64,000 nt of DNA, taken from assembly GCA_003427395.1 (NCBI GenBank), contig BFEA01000032.1:322733-386732 (forward strand), in the 5' to 3' direction. Below are positions 9,744-22,442 of this stretch, in pieces. Origin of the DNA: Chara braunii. Taxonomy: Eukaryota; Plantae; Charophyceae. The translations under genes and the position numbers were made by a program. A model generated the notes under the pieces. The model saw only the letters and a list, made by a program, of their open reading frames with translations. It made no database searches and was not told where the DNA came from. Position 1 is the stretch's first letter; the number at the start of each line of letters is the position of its first letter.

Positions 9744-11208
9744 GCAGCATCCTCAGCAACAACGTTTGCAACAACTTCAGCTACAGCAGCAGCAGCAGCA
9801 GCAGCATCTTCTGCAGCAACAGCAGGCAAAGCTTCACCAGCAGTTCCTTCTACAACAGCAACAACCACAGCTGCTGCAAATGCAGATGGAGGGTCAGCAT
9901 GCAAGTGCTTGGAATCCCCAGTGTATATCGCTAGTCCTCTCTGATTCCCTTCCGTCAAGATCTGCAATCTTACCAGGAGATGGACCAGTTCAGCAGCAAC
10001 AAGATACAGTAGCATCTCTGGCATCAAGTTCATTGTTGAAGCAGCAAGGGATTCAGCAGCAGCAGCAACAGCAACAACGGCAAGCACACAACTTTGAACA
10101 ACAGCCGAAGACTGGGGTATTGAAAGCACACCAGTTATCACAAGAAATGGTCTCGCACTCAACATCAGCTCAGGGCCATCAGCAACTTTCGCATGGTATG
10201 GTACCTGGACATGACTTGTCAGGGACTTGGCAGGAGCAGATTCCAATCACTAGGGAGGTTGCTCCAGTTCTGTCACATAACCAACAATTGGGGCCTCCAC
10301 AACATTCACATCCGGTGACAACTCAACACCAGCAACACCAGTTGCTCCCCACTCAACTCCAACAGTCGCTGACACAGCAGCAGAAGCATCTGCAGCAGTT
10401 TCAAACACCAGGCAGGGAGGCACACATTTCCCCCCTACAGCACCAGGTGCCACCTCCTCAGGGGCCGCAGCATCCGCTAGCAATTCTACATAGTTCGGTG
10501 GGCTCAGCCGATCAGCAGCAACTTCAACAGCTTAGTACTCAGTCTCAATCAAGTCAGCAACAACAGCAATTCCAGCAGCAGCAGCAGCAGCAGCACATGG
10601 CTGTCCCACATCACCAGGTGTCCAGTCAGTATCAGAAACACTCAACGGCTCAACAGCAGGTGAAGCTAGGTCTTCAACAAGCTGCAGGGCAACACCGGAC
10701 ATTGATGACGCCTACACAGATGCAGCATCAGCAGCAAATACCAGGCATGCACAAGCATCAAGCGGTGCCTCTTCATGCGACATCACAGAATCCTCCGTCA
10801 GGGGTTGTGGTAAAGACTGAGAAACAGGATACAACAATTCCAGGACTGGGTGCCAGTGGCCCAGCCACGGAAGAGCAGCTGAGGGCGGCCATGAACTTAT
10901 CTTTGGCTCTGATGAATGCTTCTCGTCAGGAGGTGGATGTCCCCAGTTTGTTGGTCCTACAGTACCAGCAGGAGCAACAGCATCAGTTTCAGCAGCATCA
11001 ACAACAGATCCAGCAGCAGCTTCAGAAGCAAGTCCATCCTCAACCTCAGCAGCAGCAGCAGCAGCAACAACAACAACAGCAACATTCACAGCAGACGTCC
11101 CTTCAGCAGTTAACAATGCAGTCTTCACGTCAACAACTGATGTCTCAAGACTTACCTTTGCTGGGGCTACAGGTGCGTCAGCAAGAGCCAAATGGAAGAA
11201 AAGATTAA
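7218..11208 (+). CDS. Very long glutamine-rich (polyQ) terminal exon of an unidentified, probably nuclear regulatory protein
   Basis: About 4 kb with no stop and mixed CAG/CAA codons. Acceptor-like tgaatgcag|GAC at 7217/7218 (the ORF track start is a TTG). Contains the basic NLS-like KKRKKKKKAKGK and the SUMO-like VKTE. Stop TAA ends at 11208. Confidence 0.7.
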
Positions 11209-11466
11209 CAAAAATGAACCCCTGGCATGTCCTTGTATAAAGTTATAAACCCTGTTTGTCCAGTTGTAACACAAATCTATTTTCAGCAAATGCAATCATG
11301 CACATTCATATGCACCTGGTCAATAGGGTGTAGGATGAAGTCTTAGCTTTAGGTTGGAACATTGAAAGGGACTCTCTTGAAAGATACGTTATATATTGGT
11401 CAGGGGCCAAGAGAACTGATAGATAAGCACACTGAGAGTAGCCCTTTTTGTGAATTCACTCGCACT

Positions 11467-11470
<4 letters not shown>

Positions 11471-11553
<83 letters not shown>

Positions 11554-12327
11554 NNNNNNNNNNNNNNNNNNNNNNNNNNNNNNNNNNNNNNNNNNNNNNN
11601 NNNNNNNNNNNNNNNNNNNNNNNNNNNNNNNNNNNNNNNNNNNNNNNNNNNNNNNNNNNNNNNNNNNNNNNNNNNNNNNNNNNNNNNNNNNNNNNNNNNN
11701 NNNNNNNNNNNNNNNNNNNNNNNNNNNNNNNNNNNNNNNNNNNNNNNNNNNNNNNNNNNNNNNNNNNNNNNNNNNNNNNNNNNNNNNNNNNNNNNNNNNN
11801 NNNNNNNNNNNNNNNNNNNNNNNNNNNNNNNNNNNNNNNNNNNNNNNNNNNNNNNNNNNNNNNNNNNNNNNNNNNNNNNNNNNNNNNNNNNNNNNNNNNN
11901 NNNNNNNNNNNNNNNNNNNNNNNNNNNNNNNNNNNNNNNNNNNNNNNNNNNNNNNNNNNNNNNNNNNNNNNNNNNNNNNNNNNNNNNNNNNNNNNNNNNN
12001 NNNNNNNNNNNNNNNNNNNNNNNNNNNNNNNNNNNNNNNNNNNNNNNNNNNNNNNNNNNNNNNNNNNNNNNNNNNNNNNNNNNNNNNNNNNNNNNNNNNN
12101 NNNNNNNNNNNNNNNNNNNNNNNNNNNNNNNNNNNNNNNNNNNNNNNNNNNNNNNNNNNNNNNNNNNNNNNNNNNNNNNNNNNNNNNNNNNNNNNNNNNN
12201 NNNNNNNNNNNNNNNNNNNNNNNNNNNNNNNNNNNNNNNNNNNNNNNNNNNNNNNNNNNNNNNNNNNNNNNNNNNNNNNNNNNNNNNNNNNNNNNNNNNN
12301 NNNNNNNNNNNNNNNNNNNNNNNNNNN

Positions 12328-12390
<63 letters not shown>
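11471..12390. repeat. (GA)n microsatellite spanning an assembly gap
   Basis: (GA)n on both sides of the N run at 11554-12327. Confidence 0.95.
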
Positions 12391-12393
<3 letters not shown>

Positions 12394-14581
12394 ATCTTTT
12401 CAGGTGGCCCACATTTGAATTCGAACCTTCAAGGTTCACTAAATTGCTACGTTCATGTAAAGTAGCAAGAGAGAGGGGAGGGGGCAGGAATGGGAGGTGG
12501 GAAGGTCCCTTGTATGTAAAGCAGAGTGGGAGAATGTGAGAAGGGAAGAGACGTCGAAAAATTCCGCCTGTACCACAGTTAAGATCAAGTGGGTGCTTGT
12601 TGACACGCTTTGCAAAGGCTGCTTTGCTTGTGGTTTGACCGTAGTGAGCCGACTGTGGAGCTCTAGTCTCTGCACTACACTGCCGGTAGATGCCAGCAGC
12701 CTATTTCAAAGCCACTTTTGCTGGCTTCCATATTAATATTCCTCTGTGCTCACTCCCACACCGAGGTTTTGTAGTATGAACAAGCCCTTTGAGCAGTTAC
12801 CAGTGTCTCTATTTTGTGCCTTCGGATAGTGCAGCATAAGGTACTGCAGGGTTTTGTTCCCATGGTCCCTGGCTGAAATTCCACAACTTAGTTTTATGCC
12901 TTCTACGGTTGTGAGATAGTTCACAAACTGTGATATCCTCCTAGCCTTCGTAGGTGAACTCCACAGTGTTCCCATTCTTCCTGGAGAGACCGTCGTACGT
13001 TAAGTCGGCTTCTTTTGCTCAACGGAAAATGCAAGTTATCTTACGGTTTGTGTCAATGTAGAGATAAGGAGATCCATCATAGGTGGTGAACTCCACAGTG
13101 TTCTTATTGGTCCTGGAGCAGTCGGTTGGCTGCTTTTGCTCAATAGCCAAAAGTGTCTATGTAGAGATCATGAGATCTATCCTTTCCAAAAGTTTGCACT
13201 TCACCTCCACCTCACAAATGCAAGCCTATGCTTCACTTCTTTTTGTTGTTGTTCTTACGCTTGGGTGCATCGTCGATGTACGGCATCCATGTTTGTTGCT
13301 ATGTCTATAGATTTCAATGTGCGCACTGCAGCGTCTCCTATTTTATGCCTTACCTGTAATATCCGACTTATTCGACTGATCAATTTAGGTGTACCTATGG
13401 CCTGAGTTGTGATTCCTTTCCCTGTTTTCTTCTGCATGCTGCCTTGTGGGCCTGTGCCAGCATGCACTGGCAGTAAGAGCTATGTACACGACGAGCACCC
13501 TATGAGTGGTGTCTACACCCTAAGAGGGAAATGCTGCATCTTATGCTCCATTTGTCAGGACATCGGTAGTAGTTTGCACGGTCCTAATCTAGACTGGGCT
13601 TGTATCCACATTTGCCGTCGTCATGGGAGAGGGACTATGCTATCCTTGATAGGTTGGATCATTTTCTGTGGGCAGCAACGCCGTTGTCAATCATGCTGAT
13701 GACCAGGGTAGTGTTACGGCCACCGCTTTTGTGTCTCCAAGGTGCAGGACTGATCATCGAAGTACAATAGGCACAACGGGTATCGCCAAGCTTCAGGACT
13801 GAGGTTTATGGCTAAACGACTGCAGGGCAGGGTTGTTGGTTTGAACCACAGGCTCAGAACAGACATCGAAGTACCAGGACCTGACATAGGTTGATGTGAG
13901 AGGCTTGACTGTGTTTTGGCAACATCGACAATGTAAAAAAGGGCAGGACTGTGGATGGAGGCAAACAAACGGATGGAGCGTGACAGATATACTGAGGCAA
14001 GTCTGGGGTCCAGGGAGAAGGGCAGGGAATGGGGGGTGAACATGAAGGTGAATCTTATAGACCCTGGTCTGCATGGCCACCTGCCAGACTCGTGCATGTA
14101 TGTTCGGCGTGTAATTGTTCTAGCAATACCTGTGAGTTACTGCATTGGAATGTGGTCTGAAGTTCATTGTGATTGCCATGTGCACGTGTGAAAAAGAGCT
14201 CTGTTCATTAACTCGTTTAAGGAGAGAAATGAAAAGAATGTCCTGCAGGTTGTCCACATCACGCGCAGGAGAATCATCTTCACCAAGAAGTGCATCGAGC
14301 AGTGAGTGTGTGATCAACCACACTACGTGTTTCCAAAAGATAATGCAAGATGAGCATCTTCTGCTGTGTCAAGAGGCAGAGTACTGTTGCAAAATCCATT
14401 GATAGAGTTACTGGCTTCCAGCCCTGGTGATGATGTCGTTGTTGACTGTCCAGGTGTCTCCTCGCCCGTCCTTGTCCTCCTCCCCCACCACCTCCTCCGC
14501 CGTCTCCGCCTTCGTTCTCATCTTGCTTGCTGTAGGTCTTCATATTTGCCATCACTGTCCTTGTCGTCCTCGTCCTCATTG

Positions 14582-14895
14582 TCTTCTTCTTCTTCTTCTT
14601 CTTCTTCTTCTTCTTCTTCTTCTTCTTCTTCTTCTTCTTCTTCTTCTTCTTCTCCTTCTTCCTCTCCTTCTCCTTCTCCTTCTTCCTCTCCCTCTCCCCC
14701 TCCTTCGTTTTCTTCTTCTTCCTCCTTCTCCTCCTCCTCCTTCCTCCTCCTCCTTCCTCTCCCTCTCCCTCTTCCCCTCCTCCTCCTCCGTCTCCTCTTC
14801 CTCCTTCTCCTGTTCCTCTTCCTCTTCCTCTTCCTCTCCCTCTTCTTCTTCTTCTCCTCCTCCTCCTCCTTCCTCCTCTTCCCTCTTCTTTCTCC
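14582..14895. repeat. (CTT)n and CT-rich low-complexity tract
   Basis: Direct observation. Confidence 0.9.
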
Positions 14896-15286
14896 ATGCA
14901 TCCCTTTTCTTCGTTTGAGGGTCTTGCTTCTGAACAACGGACCTTCCGAGTTAGCTCACATGAAGGATTTCCGTCTCCTTTGTTGGATCGAGATATCATT
15001 TGCTACCTGTGCCCCTGTAACTTCTGTAAGTATATTTCCTCGCCCCTTCGTTCCCTCGTTCATAGTCCTAATCTTTGCAGAAAGGGGAATAATGCATTAC
15101 ATAGGGTTGGAATTACCAACCTTTTCATCAACCTGTGGAATTGTGTGTGCCAGCTATTGCTCAGCCTTAGCCATTCAGATCTACACGAATTCTACACTGT
15201 CATCATGCACAGCGATGCTGCTTTATTTAGCTTGTTTTAAGTTGCTACAGCATTTTCACTTATGAGGCAGTTATCTGTTAGGAGCA

Positions 15287-15754
15287 TGATCTTGCTGCAC
15301 CGCACGGCCTTTAGCCAGAGTTATGAGGAACAACAACCATGCAGCTCTGCCAGGGTCAATCCACAAATGCGTGGGCTAGAAGGCCGTGCGGTGCAGCATG
15401 ATCAGGCCCATGATCTGCCCACGCATTTGTGGATTGACCCTGGCAGAGCTGCATGGTTGTTGTTCCACGTGTCATGACCCTGGCGCGCTAAAAGTTTCCA
15501 GGATTTTTTAAATTTTTTTTTTTCGCAATTGAAGGGGCATTCTGAGCTCGTGGAGAGCGTGCAGAGTCAGGCCTTATTTTTGAAAACCGGCACGTCGGTG
15601 GCGGAGGGGAGGGTTTGGTTGGGGGTTGTAGCGTTGTAGGCGTTAGATGCCAGGATCAATGCTCCACAGTGCAGTGTGCAGTTTTGTACCCTGCAAGTCA
15701 AGGGGTTGCAGGCTGCAGTCTGACAGTGGAACAACAACCATGCAGCTCTGCCAG
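15287..15754. repeat. Nested inverted-repeat complex with a perfect 50-bp stem
   Basis: 15327-15376 is the exact reverse complement of 15417-15466. Further inverted pairs: 15287-15316 with 15374-15404, and 15440-15474 with 15721-15754. Confidence 0.85.
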
Positions 15755-15837
15755 CTCCTGATGCGTGCTAGTCTTTTTTAGATGAGACGAGATTGACACA
15801 GCAAGCTCATGGTTGACTGTAGGTGCACAGCGAGAGG

Positions 15838-15884
<47 letters not shown>

Positions 15885-17087
15885 ATATATGTATATATAT
15901 AGAAGAACATGTAGGAAGTTGAGAGAAGGACAAGAACAAAGAAGAAGAAGAAGAAGAAGAAGAAGAAGAAGAAGAAGAAGAAGAAGCGACTTGCTGTGGG
16001 TGATGTTGCAGAACGGCGGGCAATCAATGTAAATGTTGATCAACAGATTGGGATCTAGAATCCCTATGGTTGCAGTAACATTAGGCAGGGGGTGAATCCC
16101 TTTTAAAAAAGGAAAAGGAAAGAAAAAACGACAAAGTTTTGGTTGGGCTTAGAAAGAAAAGACAAGAAAAGAGAGGGTCTCCCATAAACGGTTTGTGAGC
16201 CTTGTTAGGGGTACCCGGAATTAGGGAATTGGGTGGGGTTTGTACTCCTCACCGGTGGTCGGGGTAGAGGTACAAGTCCTCTCCATCTTGCCTGCCTGTT
16301 TTCTAAAGCCAGCAGAAAGGGGAGGTGAAAAACACCAGCATCTATGGGAAGGAAACCTGTGGGAGGATGCTCAGAGTCGGAAGCATTGTCACTTCTGGTG
16401 TTTTTCTGCCATTACAGTCTGCACCTGACAACTTGACGAGGGTAATTCTAGCATATGAGGTGAACGGAAATCGCGTGGAGAATAAGTTAAGTGCGTATGA
16501 TCGGACACATGGAGGATGGTGATGAGTGCAAGGGATACATCCGTGTGTGCGTTTGTCCGGTGCTGGATGCAAGGATGTGTCAGGGATGGTGACGAGAGCA
16601 GAAGATACGCTAATGTGCGTTTCTCTGCTGCTGGATGGAGTGATGGATGGGCGCATCGCGTAATGGCTCGGACCAGACATGCAGAGAAGACGATAAGGAA
16701 TCTAGGTGGATGGAAAAGCTTGATGCCTGAAGGATAAAGGATGGTGTGGTGCGCATGCATAAGTGTGTGTCTGAGATGCATGTAGGATGGTTGGTGAAAA
16801 CGGGCGTAAGGGCGCTTATAGTTATGGAATGTGGATGATGCACTAAACGGTAGCGAAGTCACCCATAGTTAACGACGAACATGGTTTTTGGATGGATGCA
16901 GAGACGGACTAAATTTCATTCACAAAGATAAAGAGTCTGTGGGGGAATGGAAGAGCACAGCTCAAAGATTAGTCAATATGAAGTATCTAGCTCGATGATC
17001 GTGATTTCCGTCATCTATGTAATATGTATGTATGTTCACTTGGTAATTAAAGTCATGGTGCTGATTGTTGAAGAAGACGAAGACGAA

Positions 17088-17134
<47 letters not shown>

Positions 17135-19799
17135 AGAAGAAGAAGAAGAAGAAGAAGGAGAGGAAGAATATGTCCTGGTGCGCTGATTTTTGTGATGGGC
17201 ATTGAGCTGTTGTTGAAGTTTGGAGCTGTTTTGTCATTTTCCTTTTCAGGATCTTGAAGATTTATTTAATTTGTGAATATCACCCTTCCCAGCCGGCTGA
17301 GGTGGAGAAAAATCGTCCATGCCGCAGATGCAAGTGTACGGCGATGTGGCCCTTATTACCTATCTGTAGGCGTGTTTTCAAGTTTTCACAAGGGGTTATT
17401 TCTCCTTTGCTGGTGGGACGAGAGGACAAGTGTGCAGACATAAGAAGAGGGAAGAACCCGGAGAAGAGAGGGAGGGAAGGAGGGCAAAAAGGAGATATTG
17501 GCGGCTTGGTTTTGTGTGTGTTCTGAACAAACCATACCATTCATTTTGTCTGTTCACGCCATTTTTCATTCATTCATTCATTCATTCATTGGCGCTTTTG
17601 ATAGTCGTTGGCAGTCGATGTTATCCCAAGCTGGGTGGGGTCAGTTCACGTCTTCTGGCGGTCTTTTCTCATTGACCGATGATGGTTTGTGTGTGCGTTA
17701 GTGATCCCTAGGACTCCAGGAGCGGTTCCCGTAAAACGTCGAAGGTTCAGGTGGTCGGACAGAGTCATCTGCTTCTGGCATCGTTTGCAAGACATTGTCT
17801 GCTACGAGTCTAACGACACTGATGCGGAACAAATTGATGGCTAGTGATCAGCACAGGATTGGACTGGTGTGATCTCTTTTCTGTAGTTCTCGGCATATGT
17901 TTGTGGCGAGCGGCAGAACAAAGTCTTCCGTCTCTGCAGAATGCTTGTGATGAGGGAGGAATACATCACTTGTGGTGGTGATTGTGCAAGAAATCCGCCG
18001 AGGTTGTGTTTGTTGTGAAACGTGTTCCCCTCTCTTTTGTGATCAAGCGGGCGGGGTCGTGATGTGTTATTTGAATTTTGAACTTATTTCGCTTTCTGAT
18101 CCCTGTGATGAAAATTTTGATCTCATGTTTTGACTGTAGGTGTTTTTTTTTGTTTTTTTTTTTTTTTTCTCTGTTTTTTTTTCGGGGGGGGGGGGGGGGG
18201 GGAAGGAGAGTCTCTGGTGTTGAACACGAATGTCCTACGATGACCAGCTTACGTACTCAGACATCTTGCCTGTTCTTTTTCACTGAGACATAATGCCAGG
18301 CTGCTTATTGGCAGTTTGGCTTGTAGTGCCTTCTTCTGTGTCGTACAGGGCTTTGTGCATCAGCAGGCGCGCAATCGTGATGTGCGAACCTGTGTTTACG
18401 TACAATCCATTAGAAACTTGAAAGGAGGTTGCGCCGAAAGCCTTTGCAGACATGCAGTGGTGGCAAGTCTCATATGTCTGTGTACCATATGTAGCGAGGG
18501 AGAGCTAGATGGGTAGGGCTGGGCTATGGGAGGGAGTCTTTGGGTCCGACAGAAGATTGATGGCGCAGAGGATGTGGATGGACTACTTACACTCACTCAA
18601 TGTTATCTGTTCCGTAGTTTTGTGTGGAATCTGTGGATGCAATAACTCAATGCCATCTGTTCTGTAGTTGTGTGGATGCAATAACAAGTGTGTGGTGGAG
18701 GTGAGAGATATCTTCCTCCTCCAGAAAATGGGAGGAATTGACGGACTGTGTCTGTTTGTTTATATAGTTTGTGCCACTTTGTGGCTCTTTGATGGTCATC
18801 TTGCTCGGCTCTCTCTGAGGTGTGCATCAACCCTCTGCAAAACAACTATTTGCACCTTCTTGTCCATCCTTGTGCGTTCCTGTGCAAGTTCTCCTCCCTA
18901 TTTGCTCACCCTCCATTTGCTTTCCCAAGCTTCTTCCAACCTTATTAGCTGTGTGCATTGCTGTCATGGAGCTGCCTCGTCTCGTGCAAGAAGATCATCT
19001 CAAGGGCCCGTTTCAACTCATCCACCTCTGAATAGACCCCTCCCTTCCCAAATTGTGTCCGTCCTTGTCCTCGTTGACAAGGTTCTGAAGTTTTGATTCA
19101 GCTTCCTCCATTTGGCGCCTCATAGTCAACGACAACATTACAAGTCGACTGCTTTCATCTCGTCCCCCTATCCTACATAGTCGATAACATCACAACTTCT
19201 TTCATCTGAGATAGGGTTCCAGGCAGCAGGGAAGCAGGTGCTTCATCTGCTGAGCGTGGAAGCGGCAAATCTGTGATGTGGGGTTAGGTGCTGGCGCATC
19301 TTCTTCTTCTTCTTCTTCTTCTTCTTCTTCTTCTTCTTCTTCGTGGCAGCCGTGTTCTTCCTCTTCAAGCTGGAGATTCCGTCTTCATCCTGGTGCTGGC
19401 GGTAGTTGTTCCGGAAGGTCTCTGGCGCAGAGATGGAGCATAGGACGGAGTGTTCTTGACATCGTGGGTGCTGGGACAGGAGAGTGGAGAGGCTGGTGGT
19501 CTGCAGAGTGGTGAGAGGCTGGGCGCCGTTGAATTGGGCTGTGCGCCCTACCCAGCTATGGAGGTCGAGTCGGATGGGAGGAGGAAGACTCTCGGAGACT
19601 TGACGAATCTGTGTTCTGAGTTTGTTCAATGTGGTTTACTCTCGGTTGTGATCCTTGGTTTCTCTTGTGGTCCTGATTGAGCTGGAGAGTGGCGGACGAC
19701 TTAATCCTTCTTGGTTTACTCGACTTCCTATGTCCAGAGGTGCTTTATATGTCGTAATAAGTCAGTCTAGTTGGTGGTGGTTCATATATGCGTTTTTTT

Positions 19800-20081
19800 T
19801 TTTTTTTTGAACAAGCGATGGTTTTTAATGATTTAATAGTGAAAATCATGTTCGCGATTTGGGTATGAAGTTTCTTTGAAAACTTACGACAAAGTCAAGG
19901 TGCTCTGGAAAATTTCCAACACATTACAAAAATTAGCAAAGCAAACAAGTACACTTCAAAGTGGCTTTGTGTACCATTATGCTTTTGCGATGTCAATCGG
20001 GTTATAACATATTTATTACCATCATAGGTCTTTGGGACTTTATTTCATTTTGGGTAGATAATCGATTGTATTTTCTCTATT
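19800..20081 (+). pseudogene. nad5: Degenerate mitochondrial nad5 3' fragment (older NUMT)
   Basis: Pieces FLNKRWF, RFGYEVSLKT, LAKQTSTLQSGFVYHYAFAM and IGLWDFISFWVDNRLYFLY match the Nad5 C-terminus, with indels. Confidence 0.8.
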
Positions 20082-21559
20082 GGGTATGGTGTGAATCCCT
20101 CTCCGAATCTGCTCTGTCTATCTCTTCGTGTTTATGGGAACATGGTGATGCTCTGCTTCATTGCGTTCTCAATCTGTGGCAGAGCAGAAGCAATCATTCC
20201 AGGATCGTTTTGAGCACTACAGAACAGCGGAAATCCTAAAAAATGGATAAGAAAACCGCTGCAGAATCCCTAATTGCAAGCAGCAAAATCAGGAGGACGC
20301 CATAGCCCAAGGGACACATAGACGATCCACCGTCAGCAAAATCAGTGCTGAGTTCACCACAGGCCAGAAGGCATAGCTGACGAGAAGGAGACCAGAAAAC
20401 CTAGGGGACAGATAGCCCATCCACCATCCCAGCGACCAACCTGTCTTGCCACCTGCGCGACAGGGTCACATCAAAACAGGACCCCATAGCCCAACCCAAC
20501 GCGCACGATTCGAAGCAGATCACCCTCTACACCACAAGCACCCACTAACAAGGATGCTCACCATGGTGGCACCTTCAGAGAGTGATACCACCCCCTCGGA
20601 ACACCAATCCACCACCTGTAGAACTACCCGACCACCCACTCAGCAGGGTCACGCCCGAAGGCAGACCCTATAGCCCAACCCGCCACCTGTGATTCGAGGT
20701 AGAACGCACCCGCGTGCATCGTTTCCGCTATTATTTCTTACAAGGTAGCCCATCGCCCACCATGATGACGCCTTCACAGAACAATGCCCCCTGACTCCCG
20801 ATGCACCCGAACTCTGCTTCCTGGTGATAAAGTAACCGGACTTCTGACTCCCAGAAAAGAACGGGGTCGAGGGTTTATTAAAAAACAAAAGTAATCTACT
20901 ACATCAGGTACACCTTAGCAATTTTTATCAGCCGAGGGCTCTAACACAGCCCGTCGTGGCCTATCATTTGACGTCCGATCGTCGATCTACAGCCGGCTCT
21001 GTTTTGTCACCACCTGTTGGGGTGTTTGGCGGACAAGTGCACGGCGTGGCCGGTCGGGAAATTGTTTCAGTGAGTTTATAGAGCTTCTGGGAATTTTCCT
21101 AAGCATAGAGAGCTTCTGGGAATGTCAGTGAGCGGAGAAAGCTTCTGCGAATGTCAGAAATGTCAAAGTGTCAGTGGGTGTCAAGGGTTGGCAAGATTTG
21201 GTAGGGGGTGCCTCGCTGAATGTTGCGGGAAAATGGAAGTAGTCGCGTGGGTTGTTTGCGTCAGAGTCACGAAAGAACAATAAAAAGTAAAAAAACTTAA
21301 AAAACCAATAATACATTGTAATTGTAATGCAAAAATAGAAAATGGAAAAAGAATGGGAATGGTGAAATTAAAAAATGAAATGATGTTAACTAGGCTACCA
21401 GCCACGCCGCTCGGTTCACCTTGTTTGCCCCTGTGGCCAGGCCGTGCAAAGGTCAAACGTGGTTACAGCAAAAAAAAAAAAAAAAAGTTCGGGAAAAAAA
21501 AAATGTTAGGCAGAAAAATAAACTGAACAACTTTTTTGTTTTTGTTTCCCCAAAAAAGG

Positions 21560-22442
21560 CAACCTTTCGGCGTGATCCGGGCACTCCAGAGTCTGGCCCG
21601 GTATTCAGACCAAGGTCACCAGTATATCATACAAGCCGGAAACCGGGTTCAGCATCCAGAACATGAAAACCAAGTTCGCAGTGTGGTCTGGACAAGCCAG
21701 ACTCGCATCAAGATCGCAGTTTGAACCGGCCCAACGAAGTTGACGAAGACAAATGAAGGCAAAGCAAAGAACAGAGTATCCAGTCTGGTCCGTCAAGTCC
21801 GTAAACAATCCACAGTTCCGCTACATATGCACAAATCTAAACACCCACCAAAGTCTAACTACGCAACTACAAGCACAACAAATGACGCAGCAAAACCCAA
21901 AACAGTCTACTAAATAAATATCCATGACAATGGCAAGCACAAGCACCAAAACAACAGCCACAGTAAAAACTACTAGCACCAAACACCAATTTCAAAACAG
22001 AGAGCGCATCAGGACAGCTCCCCCGCACGTCCACTCGAAGGAGAAAAGAGGAAAGTCTAAACTCCGGCCAGCCACCAGGAGGCCGAAGAATCGAAAACAA
22101 ATCACGGAAACCAGGCCCAAGAAGCGAGAAAGCGTCTGATGCACTTGGATGAGTAGTGCGGAACTTTCAATGTCCAGTCCGTGAGTATGGCTTGTTTAAT
22201 CCCAAATTTAACCTTGGCTCTCACCATAGGAGTAAACCGTTCCGCTCGCCTGACAGCTGCATTGCGAAGGGTCCACAGTGTCCACAAGATTGCCCCTCTC
22301 AGTATTTCCTCCGCACGACTGAGAGGGGATGAAGTACGGTTTCCAGGGGATGCCGAACCCAGCAAAATGAGGGCGCATCTGTCCAATGCTCTGCTAGGAA
22401 GGGAATCGGAGCCGCAGTTCTCCACCATGTCCCAAATTCCCG
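21560..22442 (-). mobile_element. 5'-truncated L1-clade LINE (ORF2 C-terminus and probable 3' UTR)
   Basis: ILLG...ILWTLWTLRNAAV is the typical plant L1 ORF2 terminal WxxWxxRN motif; the 3' boundary is approximate. Confidence 0.55.

Noticed and set aside
8477-10246. 589-aa Ala/Val ORF and other overlapping ORFs
   Set aside because: Antisense or shifted-frame shadows of the CAG/CAA repeats
11362-12465. ORFs spanning (GA)n and N runs (also 33633-34117 and 59950-60459)
   Set aside because: Artefacts of gaps and microsatellites
12400-14580. Possible decayed minus-strand coding sequence
   Set aside because: Several short ORFs and a local duplication (GTGAACTCCACAGTGTTC), but no recognisable domain
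14280-15265. Poly-E/K/S ORFs
   Set aside because: Explained by (CTT)n low-complexity DNA
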